Origin: Polaromonas sp.
Lineage (GTDB): Bacteria > Pseudomonadota > Gammaproteobacteria > Burkholderiales > Burkholderiaceae_C
Length of the DNA stretch: 40,805 bases
NCBI GenBank assembly: GCA_039925285.1
Contig: JBDSZF010000185.1
Location: 1-40,805, forward strand
Reading direction: 5' to 3'
Position numbers and translations under genes: made by a program. Below the pieces are notes generated by a model that was not told the origin of the DNA, made no database searches, and was given only the letters and a program-made list of their open reading frames with translations. Below, in pieces: positions 37,471 through 40,805 of the stretch (position 1 is the first letter of the stretch; the number at the start of each line of letters is the position of its first letter).

Positions 37471-37528
37471 GCATCTTCATGGTTTCAGGCGGGTAAATGC
37501 CTGATTCCGGCCAATCTAGAATGACGCC

Positions 37529-39340
37529 ATGTCCTATCTAGTGCTCGCCCGCAAATACCGCCCCAAAAATTTCTCTGAAATGGTGGGGCAGTCGCATGTC
37601 GTGAAGGCATTGGGCAATGCCCTGGGCACCGGGCGCCTGCACCATGCCTACCTGTTTACCGGCACACGGGGCGTGGGCAAGACGACGGTTTCCCGGATTC
37701 TGGCCAAGTCGCTCAATTGCACCGGCATCGACGGGCAGGGCGGCATCACGGCCGAGCCCTGCGGTGTTTGTGATGCCTGCAGGGACATCGACAGCGGCCG
37801 CTTTGTCGATTACACCGAGCTCGATGCGGCGTCCAACCGCGGTGTCGATGAAATTGCCCAGCTGCTCGAACAAGCGGTTTACAAACCGGTGGTGGGCCGC
37901 TTCAAGGTCTTCATGATCGACGAGGTTCACATGCTCACGAACACGGCGTTCAACGCCATGCTCAAGACGCTGGAGGAGCCGCCCGAATACCTCAAGTTTG
38001 TGCTGGCCACGACCGATCCGCAAAAAGTGCCGGCGACCGTGCTGTCGCGCTGCCTGCAGTTCAACCTGCGGCCGATGGCGCCCGAAACCGTGCTCGAACA
38101 CCTGGTTCAGGTGCTTGGCACGGAAAACGTCCCGGCCGAGCCGCAAGCCCTGCGCCTGTTGGCGCGCGCTGCACGCGGCTCGATGCGCGATGCACTGTCG
38201 CTGACCGACCAGGCCATCGCCTTTGGTTCGGGCCGGCTCGACGAAGCCAGCGTGCGCGTCATGCTGGGCAGCGTCGATCGCAGTTATGTGTTTCGCCTGC
38301 TTGATGCGCTGGCCCGTGGCGATGGCCGAACGGTGGTGAAAACCTCCGAAGTGCTGCGCCTCAACGGTCTGAGCGCTGCCTCCACGCTCGAAGAAATGGC
38401 CACTGTGCTGCAGCGCATGGCGGTGCTTCAGGCCGTGCCGGATATGGGCGCTGGCGACGACGACAGTGACCCGGAGATTGTAGAGACCGCCCGGCTGGCC
38501 CAAGCCATGCCGGCCGATGAAACCCAGTTGCTCTACAGCCTGTGCCTGCATGGGCGCGGTGAACTGGGCCTGGCACCCGACGAGTATGCCGCGCTGACCA
38601 TGGTGCTGCTGCGCCTGCTGGCATTCAAACCCTCGGAGTCTGCCATGCCGGCATCTCCTGTTCAAGCCCGACAGGCCGCTGCGCCGGGGAGTGCCGCCGA
38701 GCCGGGAAAAAAGCCGCCGCCTGAACTGCCTGCCGCGCATCGCACTCAACAGGCGCATGTCAGCGCAGCCGTGGCCCCGGCTCCCTCAGTCCAGGCAGCG
38801 GCGATCAAACTTGTACCGGCGCCTGCTTTTAATCAAAATCATGAGAAAAATCAGCCTTCTACGCAGGTAGCACGGGTGCAGCATGCTATTAATTCAGAAG
38901 CGACCGCTGAACTGCCGGCATCTCCGGGTATTTCTTCTCAAGACGCTTCACTGGGCGGCGCCTGGAGCCAGATCGTCAACCAGCTGGTCGCCGCCGAAGC
39001 CATTGGCGCCTTGACAAGAGAGCTCGCCCTGCAGTCCGAACTGTGCAGCCGGGAAGCCGGCATCTGGGCCTTGCGCGTTGAGCGCGAGTCACTGAGCCAG
39101 CCTGCGGCGCGTGACAAGCTGCAGCTTGCCCTGCAAACTGCATTGGCTGATACCACCCTCAAGCTCACCGTCGAAGTAGGTCCCGTGACGGACACGCCGG
39201 CACGCCGCAACAGCGCCGCATCGGCCGAACGCCAGCGCGCCGCCGAAGCGCTGATTCAAAATGATCCCTTTGTGCAGGACATGATCCGCGACTGGGGCGC
39301 CAGGATTGTCCCTGGCAGCATCAAGAGCGTTTCGCCATAA
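37529..39340 (+). CDS. dnaX: DNA polymerase III subunits tau/gamma
   Basis: [34 protein letters not shown] and GSMRDALS. Confidence 0.98.
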   Translation: MSYLVLARKYRPKNFSEMVGQSHVVKALGNALGTGRLHHAYLFTGTRGVGKTTVSRILAKSLNCTGIDGQGGITAEPCGVCDACRDIDSGRFVDYTELDAASNRGVDEIAQLLEQAVYKPVVGRFKVFMIDEVHMLTNTAFNAMLKTLEEPPEYLKFVLATTDPQKVPATVLSRCLQFNLRPMAPETVLEHLVQVLGTENVPAEPQALRLLARAARGSMRDALSLTDQAIAFGSGRLDEASVRVMLGSVDRSYVFRLLDALARGDGRTVVKTSEVLRLNGLSAASTLEEMATVLQRMAVLQAVPDMGAGDDDSDPEIVETARLAQAMPADETQLLYSLCLHGRGELGLAPDEYAALTMVLLRLLAFKPSESAMPASPVQARQAAAPGSAAEPGKKPPPELPAAHRTQQAHVSAAVAPAPSVQAAAIKLVPAPAFNQNHEKNQPSTQVARVQHAINSEATAELPASPGISSQDASLGGAWSQIVNQLVAAEAIGALTRELALQSELCSREAGIWALRVERESLSQPAARDKLQLALQTALADTTLKLTVEVGPVTDTPARRNSAASAERQRAAEALIQNDPFVQDMIRDWGARIVPGSIKSVSP

Positions 39341-39431
39341 AAGCCGGCAAGCAGGGGGCGGGCTTCTCGCCCCTCAAGCCGATATGATCAACGACAGTTT
39401 TCAGCAACCCCCTATTTCAAAGGAAAAAAAC

Positions 39432-39764
39432 ATGTTTAACAAAGGACAACTCGCAGGCCTCATGAAGCAGGCGCAGGCGATGCAGGAAAACCTGAAAAAA
39501 GCCCAGGATGACCTGGCTTTTGTGGAAGTCACGGCTGAAGCCGGGGCCGGCCTGGTGAAGGTCACCATGACCTGCAAGCACGACGTCAAGCGCATTGAGA
39601 TCGACCCCAGCCTGCTGCTGGACGACAAGGACATGCTTGAAGACCTGGTGGCGGCAGCCTTCAATGCGGCCGTGCGCAAGGCGGAAGAAGTCAGCCAGGA
39701 AAAGATGGGCAAGCTTACGGCAGGCATGCCGGCACTCCCCGGCGGCATGAAATTCCCTTTCTGA
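39432..39764 (+). CDS. ybaB: YbaB/EbfC nucleoid-associated protein
   Basis: [17 protein letters not shown] and [19 protein letters not shown]; lies between dnaX and recR. Confidence 0.96.
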   Translation: MFNKGQLAGLMKQAQAMQENLKKAQDDLAFVEVTAEAGAGLVKVTMTCKHDVKRIEIDPSLLLDDKDMLEDLVAAAFNAAVRKAEEVSQEKMGKLTAGMPALPGGMKFPF

Positions 39765-39865
39765 TGTTCTGAGGCGTTGCGGGACGGACCGATGGACGCG
39801 CGCAGCGCCCCATCGCTCAGTCCCCAACTGGCCAGGATATTTCTTGTTGGCAACACTCTCCATCA

Positions 39866-40492
39866 ATGACACCCTCCAATGCCCTTGACGGCCTGACCCA
39901 GGCTTTGCGCAAGCTGCCGGGCGTGGGCGCAAAGTCGGCTGCTCGCATGGCATTTCACCTGCTGCAGCACGACAAGCAGGGCGCGCTGCAGATTGCCCGG
40001 GCGCTCGATCATGCGGTTCAGAGCATCAGGCACTGCGCCTTGTGCAACACCCTGACCGAACAGGAGGTTTGCATGACCTGCGCCAATCCGCAGCGCGACC
40101 GCAGCAAGCTGTGCGTGGTTGAAACACCTGCCGACCAGGCAGCGCTGGAGCGGACGCTGGCTTACCGGGGCCTGTATTTTGTGCTGATGGGCAAGCTCAG
40201 TCCGCTGGACGGCGTGGGCCCGAATGACATCGGCCTGCAAAAACTGTTTGACCGGGTCGTGCCCAAAGACGAAGACGGCCAGCCGTTGCCAGCCGCTTCG
40301 CGTGAAGTGCAGGAAGTCATCCTGGCGACCAATTTCACGGCCGAAGGTGAAGCCACGGCGCATGTGATTGGCCAGGCCTTGAAGAGCCGTGGCATGCAGG
40401 TCACGCGTCTGGCGCGCGGCGTGCCGGTGGGCAGCGAGTTGGAGTATGTGGACCTGGGAACAATTGCGCATGCCCTGATAGACCGAAGATGA
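39866..40492 (+). CDS. recR: Recombination mediator RecR
   Basis: [10 protein letters not shown]4 zinc finger, CVVE, EGEATA and [16 protein letters not shown]. Confidence 0.98.
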   Translation: MTPSNALDGLTQALRKLPGVGAKSAARMAFHLLQHDKQGALQIARALDHAVQSIRHCALCNTLTEQEVCMTCANPQRDRSKLCVVETPADQAALERTLAYRGLYFVLMGKLSPLDGVGPNDIGLQKLFDRVVPKDEDGQPLPAASREVQEVILATNFTAEGEATAHVIGQALKSRGMQVTRLARGVPVGSELEYVDLGTIAHALIDRR

Positions 40493-40609
40493 GTCCGCAG
40501 GAAGCTTGAGGCCTGCCGGGGTAAAAATAAAAGAAGAGCTTGCTCATGACGTTTGCACGCTTCACCCTATTTTCGGCAGTTTAAGCCAACGAAAGCGGCT
40601 GCAAGCTAG

Positions 40610-40805
40610 CAGCCTGTCGGGCTTTCCCTATCCCCGGGAGCGCAGGAATACGCCACACTTAAAACCGTTGAATCCCGGAGCCGCGCCCATGTCCAATTTC
40701 ATCGTAGCCGACCGCAAGACTGACTACCTTCTACCGCCCTCACTGGACGACTGGCTAAACGAAGATCACCTGGCCCGCTTCATTTTTGAAGTGGTTGATC
40801 AGCTT
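40610..40805 (+). mobile_element. Left end of an IS1182-family insertion sequence (runs off the window)
   Basis: CTAG (40606-40609) abuts CAGCCTGTCGGGCTT, which resembles ends I recall for this family. A transposase start follows. The right end is not visible. Confidence 0.7.
40689..40805 (+). CDS. IS1182-family transposase, 5' partial
   Basis: Hand translation MSNFIVADRKTDYLLPPSLDDWLNEDHLARFIFEVVDQL matches the LLPP.L.DWL..DHLARF N-terminus. GGAG RBS. Confidence 0.82.
   Translation, partial: MSNFIVADRKTDYLLPPSLDDWLNEDHLARFIFEVVDQL

Noticed and set aside
39355-39373. GC hairpin after dnaX as a terminator
   Set aside because: No U-tract follows, and it lies inside the dnaX-ybaB-recR operon.

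Overview
Betaproteobacterial chromosome, most like Comamonadaceae judging by gene order (inference). The left ~17 kb is visibly GC-richer and almost all on the minus strand. It holds a P2-type ATPase, a complete group 3d NAD-linked [NiFe]-hydrogenase operon (hoxFUYHW-hypABFCDE, with a short C-terminal-only HypF) and an ACP-fatty acyl-AMP ligase-acyltransferase fusion. It also has two FNR-type boxes and two decayed gene remnants (ceramidase-like, USP-like). The middle is core genome: rmuC, LOG, efp-earP, uvrC-pgsA, DMT, LysR with tartrate/malate dehydrogenase, hupB, tRNA-Val, ppiD, tRNA-His. Between tRNA-His and SRP RNA lies an accessory islet: two divergent paralogous C4 zinc-finger membrane proteins, a chrA fragment, a YhaO/YhaN-like nuclease-ATPase pair and a small acidic ORF. 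The right end has an orphan parA, dnaX (with an in-frame A-AAA-AAG slip site), ybaB, recR and the left end of an IS1182-like element. All assignments come from motif recognition by eye; no searches were run.
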